Source: Leptonemataceae bacterium
GTDB lineage: Bacteria; Spirochaetota; Leptospiria; Leptospirales; Leptonemataceae
Direction: 5' to 3'
Length of the DNA: 64,000 bases
Assembly: GCA_965262995.1 (NCBI GenBank)
Contig: OZ253574.1
Span: 994,513-1,058,512 of the forward strand
The translations under genes and the position numbers were made by a program. Under the pieces are notes generated by a model, which was not told the origin of the DNA, ran no database searches, and saw only the letters and a program-made list of their open reading frames with translations. Positions within the stretch are counted from its first letter, which is position 1; every line of letters begins with the position of its first letter. This document shows positions 45,085 through 55,066 of this stretch, piece after piece.

Positions 45085-45960
45085 TTATTTTTTTGCTTTT
45101 ACTTTTTTATTTTTTTTATTTAGTTTGTTTTTTAAAAAATGAAAAATAGATAGTTCTATATTTTTAAGAATACTGGTTATATAGAAATAAAAAATATAAA
45201 AAACATCCCAAAATCGCCAAGGTTGTTTTAATATTTTCCATAGCCAATTTAGACCGCGTAAAGTAATCCAATCAGGTGATTTCTTTTTGAGTCCTGATAG
45301 TATTTCAAAAGCATCATCAATGCTAAAAACAACTGAATTATTGAGAAAACTTTTATTTTCATGAATCCAGTACTCTTGGTATGGAAACTCCATTGATAGA
45401 AAAATAATATTTGGAGAAGATTTGCGTATAGATTCTTTTATCAAACCTTCATAGTTTGCATCATTGATTTGAGGTTGTCGACCTATGATTCTGATATTAG
45501 GAAAGCTTCTCTGAAAATTAAAAAATACTTTTTGCAAATATTCTGGTTTTGAACCTAAAAGATATACTGTGAAATCATTATTCATAGCTAATCGCATTGT
45601 ATCCATAATGATTGCCGACATTGAAATTCTTTCCTTGATTTTAAGTTTTAATAACTTTGCACTCCAGGCAAGTCCACTTCCTTCTGGTAAAACTAAAAAA
45701 GAATTAGCTATAATGTTGCGTAATTTTTTATTAAATTTAATTTTGATGAGTTTCAATGGATCTACAAAAAGAATGTGTTGCATTCCCTTTTTATTTTCTA
45801 TTGCATTGAGTATACAGGCCAAAGCCTCATCTCTTGTTACATTGTTTAGAGTTGTGCCTAGTAGGTTTACTTTTTCTAAATTTTTTATGTTTATGCTTTT
45901 ATAGATTAAAAGGTCGTCTCTATCTTCTTTAGCTGAAAGCGTGGAATAGTGTCTAATCAT
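45085..45960 (-). CDS. WecB/TagA/CpsF-family glycosyltransferase
   Basis: 'HILFVDPLKLIKI...VLPEGSGLAWSAKLL...VYLLGSKPEY' is typical of TagA/WecG. Lys-rich C-terminal tail. Confidence 0.7.
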   Translation of the reverse strand: MIRHYSTLSAKEDRDDLLIYKSINIKNLEKVNLLGTTLNNVTRDEALACILNAIENKKGMQHILFVDPLKLIKIKFNKKLRNIIANSFLVLPEGSGLAWSAKLLKLKIKERISMSAIIMDTMRLAMNNDFTVYLLGSKPEYLQKVFFNFQRSFPNIRIIGRQPQINDANYEGLIKESIRKSSPNIIFLSMEFPYQEYWIHENKSFLNNSVVFSIDDAFEILSGLKKKSPDWITLRGLNWLWKILKQPWRFWDVFYIFYFYITSILKNIELSIFHFLKNKLNKKNKKVKAKK

Positions 45961-46127
45961 GTTAATTTAGAATATACCTAATTCTAAGGTTTTATTTTAC
46001 ATTACTATAGTCAATGAAATAAGAGATTTTAAAATTATATTTCTGTTTGTTCAGGTAGTAAATGAAAAACTTGTAACCTGCAAGGTTTGAAATATACGTT
46101 ATTGAAAAAAATAGTTTAGTATAGAAA

Positions 46128-47030
46128 ATGACAAAAATAATAGAACTTAAAAACAAGATTCAAGAAGTTGTTATACAAGCTTCTATTCTTGCTCATTATT
46201 ATTTTTTAAATAAGAATTATAATGTATGGTATAAAAAAGAAAATGAAAATTATCAAAGCCCTTGCACAAGTGTAGATATACTGATTCATAATTTTTTATG
46301 TAAAAAATTACATGAAATATTTCCCTTAGCCTTTATTCTTTCAGAAGAAAATACAGATTCTTTAGAACGTTTAAAAAAAGAATGGGTTTGGATTATTGAT
46401 CCCATTGATGGTACCCAAGATTTTATTTCAGGACGGTCGGAGTATTCCATTTCTATAGCTCTGATTCAAAATAAAAAAAATGTTCTAGGTGTAGTGGCCT
46501 TACCTTCCGAAAAAACAATTATTATAGGTGCGCCAAATTTCTTTTTTGATAAAATTTCTTATGATGATACAGTTTTTACTAATGCTTTAGTTAATGAAAA
46601 TCAAGAAATAGAAGAGCTTTTGTCTCAAATAAAAATTCCCTATCAAGAATTTAAAGTAAATACGCTACAGAAATTTATAGAGTTAAAGAATGCTAAAATA
46701 CTTGTAAGTCGAGGTGAGCTTAGGCAAGGTAAATTAGATTTTATTAAAGATAAATATAACTGTGTAGAAAGTTCAAGCATAGCTCGTAAGCTAGCTTTGC
46801 TTACTTTGGGCCAAGGCGACTTAGTGATTAGCGTAAATTTTAAGAATGAATGGGATATAGCAGGAGGAATAGCCCTTATAAATGGTTTAAATGAATACAA
46901 AGTTATAGAATTAAAAAATTTAAATGAACATAATTTCAATCAAGAAAATACAAAAAGTTTCGGAATCGTTGCTGGTGCTAAAAATCTTGTAGAAGAATTT
47001 GTAGAAGTTTGGACTAAAAAATTATTATGA
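46128..47030 (+). CDS. inositol monophosphatase / CysQ-family phosphatase
   Basis: 'ILSEEN', 'WIIDPIDGTQDFI' and 'WDIAGG' metal-binding motifs. Confidence 0.8.
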   Translation: MTKIIELKNKIQEVVIQASILAHYYFLNKNYNVWYKKENENYQSPCTSVDILIHNFLCKKLHEIFPLAFILSEENTDSLERLKKEWVWIIDPIDGTQDFISGRSEYSISIALIQNKKNVLGVVALPSEKTIIIGAPNFFFDKISYDDTVFTNALVNENQEIEELLSQIKIPYQEFKVNTLQKFIELKNAKILVSRGELRQGKLDFIKDKYNCVESSSIARKLALLTLGQGDLVISVNFKNEWDIAGGIALINGLNEYKVIELKNLNEHNFNQENTKSFGIVAGAKNLVEEFVEVWTKKLL

Positions 47031-47101
47031 ATTGAGTAATAAAGATTATAAGCTATGGCCTTTATAAATATGAATATATTATTTCGTTTTGATAAAAATG
47101 A

Positions 47102-47503
47102 TTACCATTCACATTCATGTAGAGGGTAGCAAATTTCTTGTATGATGTTTTTTCTTTGCCCTATTGAAGAATCCGAAAAACTTGCAAATGTACCATTGGG
47201 CAACGCCATACAATAGATATTTTTTCTTTGATTTTGATAGTATAAAACACCATATAAACTATCAGAATTATCATCATTGAATCGCACTAAAAAAGTAATA
47301 CCATAATGCTCTTGCATTTCCTTTTCAGAAAAAACTGGAATAACTTTCTTTTGTTTTAACCCCATAGTTGTACTACAAAATTTAGGAATCTCTTTATGGA
47401 AATGCACCACACTTGGCCCTGTAGGATTTTTTTTTCTTTTTGAACAGGTTCCTTCAAATTGAATAAGTACTATAAGGAGTATTAAAAATTTAGTTTTGTT
47501 CAT
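47102..47503 (-). CDS. hypothetical lipoprotein
   Basis: 133 aa with a signal peptide and 'FEGTCS' lipobox-like Cys. Confidence 0.45.
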   Translation of the reverse strand: MNKTKFLILLIVLIQFEGTCSKRKKNPTGPSVVHFHKEIPKFCSTTMGLKQKKVIPVFSEKEMQEHYGITFLVRFNDDNSDSLYGVLYYQNQRKNIYCMALPNGTFASFSDSSIGQRKNIIQEICYPLHECEW

Positions 47504-47543
47504 ATTGAAATTAAAGATGTTTATTTATAGGGAAAAATTTACT

Positions 47544-50123
47544 TTATTGAAAAAAATCGAAAAGTCCTCGACTTTTAGTAAATTCTAATAACGCCATTGT
47601 TGTGTCATCGTTTATTTTACTATTAGCTCTATGGGTTAGTAGTTTATTTTCTATTAGAGAAATAATATCATTTAAATTTTTATTTTTACTTTGCGAAAGA
47701 GTATCGTACAATTCTTTTTCTCCAAACGCTTCATAATTTTTATTAAAAGTTTCTGTAACGCCATCTGAAAAAATAAACAACCTATCACCATTTTCTAATT
47801 GAATCTTTTTTGTGTAAATTTCTACAGGCAAGACTCCTAAAATAGGAGAAAAACTATTTAAATAAATGTGTTCATTAGATTTTTTTTTAATGATTAAAGG
47901 CGCAGGATGAGCGGCATTGATATACTCGACTTCACCACTTTTAGTGTTAATTAAAAATGCGACTAAGGTAACGAACTCATCACCTTTATACCTATTCATA
48001 AAAAATTTATTTACCATGTTTACGCTTTCAAATAAATTTCCGTTGCTTATTAAATTTGTTCGCAAAATCGCCCTTAAACTACTTGCTAGGTAACCTGTGC
48101 CTAGCCCGTGCCCACTTACATCAGCTAAAATACATGCTATCCAATTTTTCTTTATTTTAAATAAATCAAAATAATCCCCACTTACATTTAATGCAGGTTT
48201 TGAACTAATTGCATATTGAATATTCGAAATCTGGGTTTTTTCCATTTCAGGTAAACGTTTTTGAAGTTGTCCTGCGACTTGAAGCTCTCGTATACGTTGC
48301 CTTTTTTCAATTTCAAAAATGAGATTTGTATAGTTTTCAAATAAAATACTTAGTAGTTTTGAAGCCTTAGTTAAATATCGTATTTCATCTAATTTCAAAG
48401 AGGTGTTATTTTTTTTTGAACCCACAGCAATCGCAACATTGAATTTAAGAATTTGTTTTCTTTTTTCTTCAAATGGGACTAATAAACTTTCTTTTTTTTG
48501 AAAAAGGATAGTTTTTATAAAGAATAAACGTAATTTATTTATTATAAAAATGAAAAAGAAAAAAAGTTTTTGCAAAAATCTAGCAAGATTTGTATTTGAA
48601 AACAAATTTAGTTTCTTAATAGATATTTTTGCTAAACTTAATAAATCATCTTTTTCTTGATGATTGATAGTTCCTATAGCTAAAATATAATTATTTTTAA
48701 ATAAGAAATTGTATAGTTCTTTTGGGGTCCCACTAGCATATGTGAAATAATCTGTGGCGATAATGTTATTTTTTTTCAAGTACTTCCAATGAGTACTTTG
48801 TAAAGATATGCGATTTATATTTGATTTACGTAACTTCAAATTAGCTAAGATATTTTCAGAAAGCAAGAGATCAATTTTTTGAACTTTTAAAATATTTTGC
48901 ACTTCTTCGAAAAGAATCTCTACTATAACTTGGATGTTGTAATGCGAAGTAACTTGACTTATCATTTTTTCAATAGAGGCCTCATATTTAGGATCCTCCC
49001 AGTATTGCCTAAATTTTAAACGGGTATTAATAAAATATCTTATGGGTTCAAAAAGAAAAACAATTAGAAATATAAGTAAGATATGTGATATCCATACCCT
49101 AGAGGTTTTATCAATTTCAGGTAGTAAGGCATCTTCTATGAAAATCGCTAATCCATAAATACTTGCAAAAATTGCACTTTGGATAAATCCTAAAACTGAA
49201 TTTGAAATAAAAATCTGAAAAGGGACTAGCTGTAAGCGATATGTTGCATAAATTAAGGAAATAGGAAAAACAAGAACTAACCAAAAAATATATTTTAATT
49301 TAGGAGAATAGAGTGAAGGGAAATGTATCGCAACTAGGGCGAGTAGGGGTATTAGTAATCCAATTCCAGTACCTAAAAATAAAATAAATCTTTTTCTTTT
49401 TTCGATTCTATCATTTGTTTTTTTTAGCGCATGTTTTATTTGTAGATAAAGAACAATTATAGAGGTAGTAGTGGCGGTTGCCAATAAAAAATTATTGAAT
49501 TTTTCTATTGCCTTACTTTCTTCTTTACCTACATAGCAAATCAGTGCAAAGAACAAAACAAAAATAACTTCACAAATGGCTAAGTGTGAATATAAAATAT
49601 AACCTGTTGTTCTAAGCCCTAAGTTTAGAAGCGCTACAGAAAGAATTAAGGTTATAACTTGCCAAATCAAAAGAATATCATTTGCGGAAAGTAAAATAAC
49701 ATACGTTAAAAAAAATAAACTGAATAAAATATTTACAGTTACTAAATAAAAATCTCTAGAATTCTTAAATATCCATATACTTGTGAAACAAAAGATAAAG
49801 CTAGCTATAATAAAAAACTTTAACTCATTTACAATTTTCCAAAAATTATTTTTAATTACAAGTGTTTGATGAAGGCCTGTATCTGTTTTTAGCATTACTG
49901 TATTGTCAAAAATACTAATAATAGGATAACGATTAGGTGGTTCATTTTGAATTTCTTTTATTTTTCTGCCCCATTGTGAAAAGTTTTGATTACTATAAAT
50001 GGAGATGTGGCCTTCAGGAGTGTAATAAACAGGCAGGCGATAACCCGAGTTTGCTAAAAAAAACCAAAGTAAAAAACTAATGGCCGATGCAGAAATGAGG
50101 TAAATTAAAGGGTATAACTTCAA
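47544..50123 (-). CDS. multi-pass membrane sensor with C-terminal PP2C/SpoIIE-type phosphatase domain
   Basis: 859 aa with about 10 predicted TM segments in the N-terminal half. C-terminal 'VSGDYFDLF', 'ADVSGHGLGTGYLAS' and 'FIFSDGVTE' are RsbU/SpoIIE motifs. Confidence 0.8.
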   Translation of the reverse strand: MKLYPLIYLISASAISFLLWFFLANSGYRLPVYYTPEGHISIYSNQNFSQWGRKIKEIQNEPPNRYPIISIFDNTVMLKTDTGLHQTLVIKNNFWKIVNELKFFIIASFIFCFTSIWIFKNSRDFYLVTVNILFSLFFLTYVILLSANDILLIWQVITLILSVALLNLGLRTTGYILYSHLAICEVIFVLFFALICYVGKEESKAIEKFNNFLLATATTTSIIVLYLQIKHALKKTNDRIEKRKRFILFLGTGIGLLIPLLALVAIHFPSLYSPKLKYIFWLVLVFPISLIYATYRLQLVPFQIFISNSVLGFIQSAIFASIYGLAIFIEDALLPEIDKTSRVWISHILLIFLIVFLFEPIRYFINTRLKFRQYWEDPKYEASIEKMISQVTSHYNIQVIVEILFEEVQNILKVQKIDLLLSENILANLKLRKSNINRISLQSTHWKYLKKNNIIATDYFTYASGTPKELYNFLFKNNYILAIGTINHQEKDDLLSLAKISIKKLNLFSNTNLARFLQKLFFFFIFIINKLRLFFIKTILFQKKESLLVPFEEKRKQILKFNVAIAVGSKKNNTSLKLDEIRYLTKASKLLSILFENYTNLIFEIEKRQRIRELQVAGQLQKRLPEMEKTQISNIQYAISSKPALNVSGDYFDLFKIKKNWIACILADVSGHGLGTGYLASSLRAILRTNLISNGNLFESVNMVNKFFMNRYKGDEFVTLVAFLINTKSGEVEYINAAHPAPLIIKKKSNEHIYLNSFSPILGVLPVEIYTKKIQLENGDRLFIFSDGVTETFNKNYEAFGEKELYDTLSQSKNKNLNDIISLIENKLLTHRANSKINDDTTMALLEFTKSRGLFDFFQ

Positions 50124-50238
50124 GTTAGAATTAAATGAATTTTATATTTTCAATGAAAAATGCAAAAATCAAACACCAGGGAAAAACTTTATTTGATTGA
50201 AGAAATAATTCCAATGGGTATAGAAGTCGAGTTCTTTA

Positions 50239-51567
50239 TTATAAAACTTGTAAATCATTTTTTGTAATACTAAAAATCAAATTTTTTTGATAATAAAAAC
50301 AAAGAGAATTTACTCCATTTTCTGATGTAGAATTTAAATCTATTTCTAACATTTTGTATGCATCAATATCAGTTTGTTTTTCAACCTCTGAATTTTTTTT
50401 CTTCAATTTGTTTAACAGAATATAGTTTGATTGATTACTAAAAATATTTACGGAATTTTTTTGAGTATTTAGCTCTAAAAACAAAATTTCTACCAGAGGA
50501 TCTGCTAGTTGCCAATCTTTACTTAAACTTAGGTATGAGGTTATTTTATCTAAATTTGTTTTTTGGTTTAAATGAATATAAGCGTACAATTGCCCTATTA
50601 AACCATAAATGATTAAACCCACGGAAGCACTCAACCTAGAACAGATTATAATTTGAAATAAGTAGACTTGATGAGATAATTCAAAGTATTCTAGTAGATA
50701 AGGTTGAGTTAAAGGTTTCTTTTCTATAGAATAATTAGAGATATTCGGAATTTGTAAATTTTCCATTCCTTTTAAGACACGTTGCGCTGCCTTGAATTCA
50801 TTTTCGTATACTCTAAAGTCAATGATTCGTTGAGATAAGATATAGTTTTGTATGGTAAGGGTGGCTTTATGTCTAAAGACTTCAATAAGAGATTTTCCTA
50901 GGATATTTTTTGAACTTTGATTAAAAATAAGTAAGCCAACAATATTTTTACGAAAGAGTAAGGGATAGATCATTTGTGCATTAATCTCTTTCATTTGTGT
51001 GGTAACATCTTCAGATAAACTTGGTTCAGATATATGTAGGCCTTCTTGGCTGTGTTTTGTTAATTGCAAACAAAGCTTATCTATATTTTTTTTATCTATA
51101 ATATTTTTTCCCACTACCTTATTTTTTTTATATTGATAAAAAAAGAAGGTTTTACGAGAACTTTCCAAAATAGCTAGGCTATATTCGGAGATAGACAACC
51201 ATTCTGCTAAATCAGGAAAGTCTTTGTAAACTAGAGAGGTTATACTGAAAGGTTTTTCTATAAAATCAAAGACTTGATGCTTATGTGGTAGATAGTAATT
51301 CAAATGTCCTCTTTTGCTTAATCTTAGTAAAATCATATCGCGTAGAGGAAATAAAACTAACACAGAAACGAGTATAAATAAAACTGTTGCTATTTCATTA
51401 CGTAGCTTTTCTTTTTGAGGCATGAGCATGTGTATCCCTAAAAAAGTTAAGGATACAATAGCGCTAAATATTATTGCATTTAAAAAACGATAAACTTTAC
51501 TTCTATTTATTGTAAAAGGATTTCTAAAACTTTTAGTTTTCTGAATATTTAATTCTTTTTCATACAC
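50239..51567 (-). CDS. hypothetical membrane protein with GAF-like segment
   Basis: 442 aa with two N-terminal TM helices. 'MIYPLLFRKNIVGLLIFNQSS' resembles a GAF domain end. No catalytic PP2C motifs seen. Confidence 0.4.
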   Translation of the reverse strand: MYEKELNIQKTKSFRNPFTINRSKVYRFLNAIIFSAIVSLTFLGIHMLMPQKEKLRNEIATVLFILVSVLVLFPLRDMILLRLSKRGHLNYYLPHKHQVFDFIEKPFSITSLVYKDFPDLAEWLSISEYSLAILESSRKTFFFYQYKKNKVVGKNIIDKKNIDKLCLQLTKHSQEGLHISEPSLSEDVTTQMKEINAQMIYPLLFRKNIVGLLIFNQSSKNILGKSLIEVFRHKATLTIQNYILSQRIIDFRVYENEFKAAQRVLKGMENLQIPNISNYSIEKKPLTQPYLLEYFELSHQVYLFQIIICSRLSASVGLIIYGLIGQLYAYIHLNQKTNLDKITSYLSLSKDWQLADPLVEILFLELNTQKNSVNIFSNQSNYILLNKLKKKNSEVEKQTDIDAYKMLEIDLNSTSENGVNSLCFYYQKNLIFSITKNDLQVL

Positions 51568-51782
51568 CTTCCCACCACTTTATCTATACTTCTTCTAGGC
51601 AACCTCTATTTTTTTGTTTTTAATTCTTTTTACCCCCACAACCTCTAAAAAGTAAAAAACTTTGAAACCATTGATTGCAAAATTAACGGTTTCAAAGTTT
51701 TAACCCATTTTATTCATAAAAACAAAAGAAAAGTAATTTTAGATAAATCTTGACATGGGGTATTAGAATAAATCATTGAAGT

Positions 51783-52703
51783 GTGAAAATTTCTACAGAT
51801 AAAATAGCTTATCATGAAGGGAGTTTTAAAACTTTAGAAAATTGTACTATAAATATAGCAACGCATGCTTTGCAGTATGGTACAATGGTGATAGGTGGAA
51901 TACGAGGTTATTATAATTCAGAGACTCAAAAATTGCATATTTTTCGACTTCAAGATCATGTGAAAAGATTGGCTCGTAGTGCTCATATTATGCAAATGAG
52001 TTTACCTAAAACAGGTAAGGAAATAGAAGATTTGATTATAGAGCTAGTTAGATTAAATAATGCAAAAACGAATGTGTACTTGCGTCCCTTTATTTATAAA
52101 TCTTCCATACAGCTTTCTCCTCGCTTACATGATGTAGAAGATAGCTTTTCTATTTATTTGATACATTTAGATGATTATCTTGATACCTCAAGGGGCATGA
52201 GATTAGGAGTTTCTAGCTGGAGACGTATAGATGAAAATTCTGTCCCGGCTCGTGTAAAGTCATCAGGTTCATACATTAATTCTGCCCTTGCAAAATCAGA
52301 GGCAATACAAAATAATTTTGATGAGGCTATTTTCTTAGATACGAGAGGTTTTGTTAGCGAGGGAAGTGCAGAAAATATTTTTATAGTACGAGACGAAGTT
52401 TTAATAACCCCTCCTCAAACTGCTAGCGTACTAGAGGGGATAACGCGCCTTAGCCTTATTGAAATAGCAAAAGATTTAGGGATAAAAACTGTTGAAAGAG
52501 ACATTGCACGTGGAGAACTTTATATTGCAGATGAGGTGTTTTTGTGTGGAACAGGTGCTCAAGTAGCTTGGGTTTCAGAAATAGATCATCGTAAAATTTC
52601 AAACGGTTCGGTAGGAAAGATTACAAGTCAACTTAAACAAGCTTATTTGGATATTGTAATGGGGCGTAATAGTAAGTATTTAAAGTGGTTGACTTTAGTA
52701 TAG
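51783..52703 (+). CDS. ilvE: branched-chain amino acid aminotransferase
   Basis: 306 aa with GTG start. Class IV aminotransferase pattern 'ARVKSSGSYINSALAKSEA' and 'EGSAENIFIV'. Confidence 0.88.
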   Translation: MKISTDKIAYHEGSFKTLENCTINIATHALQYGTMVIGGIRGYYNSETQKLHIFRLQDHVKRLARSAHIMQMSLPKTGKEIEDLIIELVRLNNAKTNVYLRPFIYKSSIQLSPRLHDVEDSFSIYLIHLDDYLDTSRGMRLGVSSWRRIDENSVPARVKSSGSYINSALAKSEAIQNNFDEAIFLDTRGFVSEGSAENIFIVRDEVLITPPQTASVLEGITRLSLIEIAKDLGIKTVERDIARGELYIADEVFLCGTGAQVAWVSEIDHRKISNGSVGKITSQLKQAYLDIVMGRNSKYLKWLTLV

Positions 52704-52731
52704 AAATTTATTGTAAAAAATATTATTAGAG

Positions 52732-53907
52732 ATGGAAATTTTTTTGAAATACTTTTTTGTAATTTTCTTTTTTATTATTAACTGTGCGACTACTGTGGAA
52801 ATATCAGTACCTCGTTTCCCTGAAAAGTATGCAAGGCAAGTTAGGGCGGTGTCGGCGGGGAAGAGGAATTTAGCAGTTGTTGTAAATAAAAACATTGATG
52901 AACTAGGTAAGGCTGATGGCTTAACGAATACTGAGGATTGGTCACATATCTTAGAAATAGCAGTAAATAAGGGTATATCAGAGCTAGGATACTTTAATCA
53001 GATAGATACTGGCAACTATAGGTCATATCTTCGTGGAATAGAATACAATAAATTAAACCTTACCAAGGAAGCGATAGACATAGGATTAAAACTAAAAGCA
53101 GAATCTTTTCTTATTCTTCAGATAAGCAAAAATCCTAAAATAGAGTGTAAAGTAGAAGAACTTTTAGATTCTCCTGAAGTGAGTATTCTTGTTGTTGGTG
53201 GTGGGCCAGTTTTTCATCGTCCGTATTATTATGGCTATCATCCTTATAGAGGTTACCGCTATTATGGACGTTCTTATCGCTATTACCCATATGTACCTTA
53301 TTATTATCCTGAATATATAGTTACGACATCTCATCAACGTACTCAAAAAACAGGTGTAATATATGTTTCTATTTATGTTGAAGGTAGATTATTTAACTTA
53401 AAAACGAATAAAACAGCATCACATTTATATTCTGAAACCATGCGTATAAGATCAGAGATAGGAGATCAAAGTTGTCCTTCTTCTGTTAAAGCTTTTGAAA
53501 AGCTATTTAAAAAAGCAGGTTATGACATTGTTTCAAATTTATCTCCAGAAATGATAGATGTTTCTATTCCTTTATTGTCATCTGTAGATGATATTGAAGA
53601 TTCGTATGATAGAAATCTTATAGAGCGTATTGAATATCTTTTAGAGCAAGGGCTAACATGGGCTAAGAGTGGAAGCTTGAAAAGTGCCCGTAAAAGTTGG
53701 ATAGAAGCCTTTGAACTTTCCAAGGGAAATTCTTTATCTGCACGATGGAACCTAGCAATTTATTATTGGCATATGGGTGAACTAGATAAGGCTAAAGAAT
53801 ATTTTGATTTCTTGCAAAAAGAAAAATATAGTTATTTAAATTCAAACTTTCGAGATATAATAACACGATTTGAAGATGAAAGTGATGGGAGATATTCTGA
53901 AGAATAA
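52732..53907 (+). CDS. hypothetical secreted/lipoprotein with Tyr/Arg/Pro-rich segment and TPR-like C-terminus
   Basis: 391 aa with signal/lipobox 'FIINCA'. Central 'HRPYYYGYHPYRGYRYYGRSYRYYPYVPYYYPEY'. C-terminal 'ARWNLAIYYWHMGELDKAKEYF' is TPR-like. Confidence 0.5.
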   Translation: MEIFLKYFFVIFFFIINCATTVEISVPRFPEKYARQVRAVSAGKRNLAVVVNKNIDELGKADGLTNTEDWSHILEIAVNKGISELGYFNQIDTGNYRSYLRGIEYNKLNLTKEAIDIGLKLKAESFLILQISKNPKIECKVEELLDSPEVSILVVGGGPVFHRPYYYGYHPYRGYRYYGRSYRYYPYVPYYYPEYIVTTSHQRTQKTGVIYVSIYVEGRLFNLKTNKTASHLYSETMRIRSEIGDQSCPSSVKAFEKLFKKAGYDIVSNLSPEMIDVSIPLLSSVDDIEDSYDRNLIERIEYLLEQGLTWAKSGSLKSARKSWIEAFELSKGNSLSARWNLAIYYWHMGELDKAKEYFDFLQKEKYSYLNSNFRDIITRFEDESDGRYSEE

Positions 53908-53939
53908 AATTTTGACTATTAAATTATTTACAATATTGT

Positions 53940-55049
53940 TTATTGAACTCGAAGTGTAGAAAAAACAATCAAACTAAGTATAACCCCTATTAGCCAAAAA
54001 CGAATTACAATTCTTGTTTCAGGCCAACCAAGTAGTTCAAAGTGGTGGTGTAGAGGTGCCATTTTAAAAATACGTTTTCCTCTTAGTTTAAAAGAAGCTA
54101 CTTGCAAAATAACAGATAAAGCTTCAAGCACAAAAATACCACCTGCGATTAAAAGGAAAAATTCTTTTTTTATTATAATAGAAACCATTCCTAAGGCACT
54201 TCCTAAGGCTAAAGAACCTGTATCCCCCATAAAGACTTTTGCAGGATTTGCATTGTACCATAAAAAACCTATCCCCCCCCCTGAAATGGCTCCTAAAAAT
54301 ACAGATATTTCATGCCCCCCCTCTACTATTGGTAAATTTAGATATTTTGCGGCCATTGGAGTTCCTGTGATATAGGCAATGACCCCCATAGTTACAGTAA
54401 CTATGCTTACATTTCCTATGGCAAGACCATCTAGCCCATCAGTTAAGTTTACAGCATGACTTGAACCAACTATAACAATTATCCAAAAAACAAAAGCTAC
54501 AAGTATGGGTAGGGCAAAAATCTCTCCTTTTGTGAAAGGGATAAAAATACCCGTTAGTCCATAGTGTATGGTGTTGGGTAACTTTTTAGGTTCGGGAGTA
54601 AAAAAATAATAAATTAAGACAAAGGAAAGGGCTATACTTAGAGTGAGTAGCATTTTTACTTTTGCTAATAAGCCTTTTTTATTTTTTAAGACAATTTTTA
54701 TATAATCATCACTAAAACCTACTATTCCAAAAAGCAATGTGCAAACTAATACTAATACAAAATGCAAATTAGAAAGATTTCCAAAGAGAAGACAAGAGAC
54801 GAGTAAACTAAAAAGAATAATGAGGCCTCCCATAGTAGGAGTTCCTTTTTTATGATAATGTGATTCTGGCCCATCTTCACGAATGTTTTCTTTAAAGGAA
54901 AGGGCTTGAAGTTTTCTAATAAAGATGTTCCCAAATATAAAACATATAGACATTGAACAAATACTAGCCATTAGAGCTCTAAAAGTAACATATCCAAAGA
55001 GTCTAAAAAATCCTGGAGTTTGGAAATGGGAGTGTAGATATTCAAACAT
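53940..55049 (-). CDS. mraY: phospho-N-acetylmuramoyl-pentapeptide transferase
   Basis: 369 aa with 'NLTDGLDGLA' and 'NANPAKVFMGDTGSLALG'. Downstream of murF. Confidence 0.95.
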   Translation of the reverse strand: MFEYLHSHFQTPGFFRLFGYVTFRALMASICSMSICFIFGNIFIRKLQALSFKENIREDGPESHYHKKGTPTMGGLIILFSLLVSCLLFGNLSNLHFVLVLVCTLLFGIVGFSDDYIKIVLKNKKGLLAKVKMLLTLSIALSFVLIYYFFTPEPKKLPNTIHYGLTGIFIPFTKGEIFALPILVAFVFWIIVIVGSSHAVNLTDGLDGLAIGNVSIVTVTMGVIAYITGTPMAAKYLNLPIVEGGHEISVFLGAISGGGIGFLWYNANPAKVFMGDTGSLALGSALGMVSIIIKKEFFLLIAGGIFVLEALSVILQVASFKLRGKRIFKMAPLHHHFELLGWPETRIVIRFWLIGVILSLIVFSTLRVQ

Positions 55050-55066
55050 ATAAAATATTATTAAAA

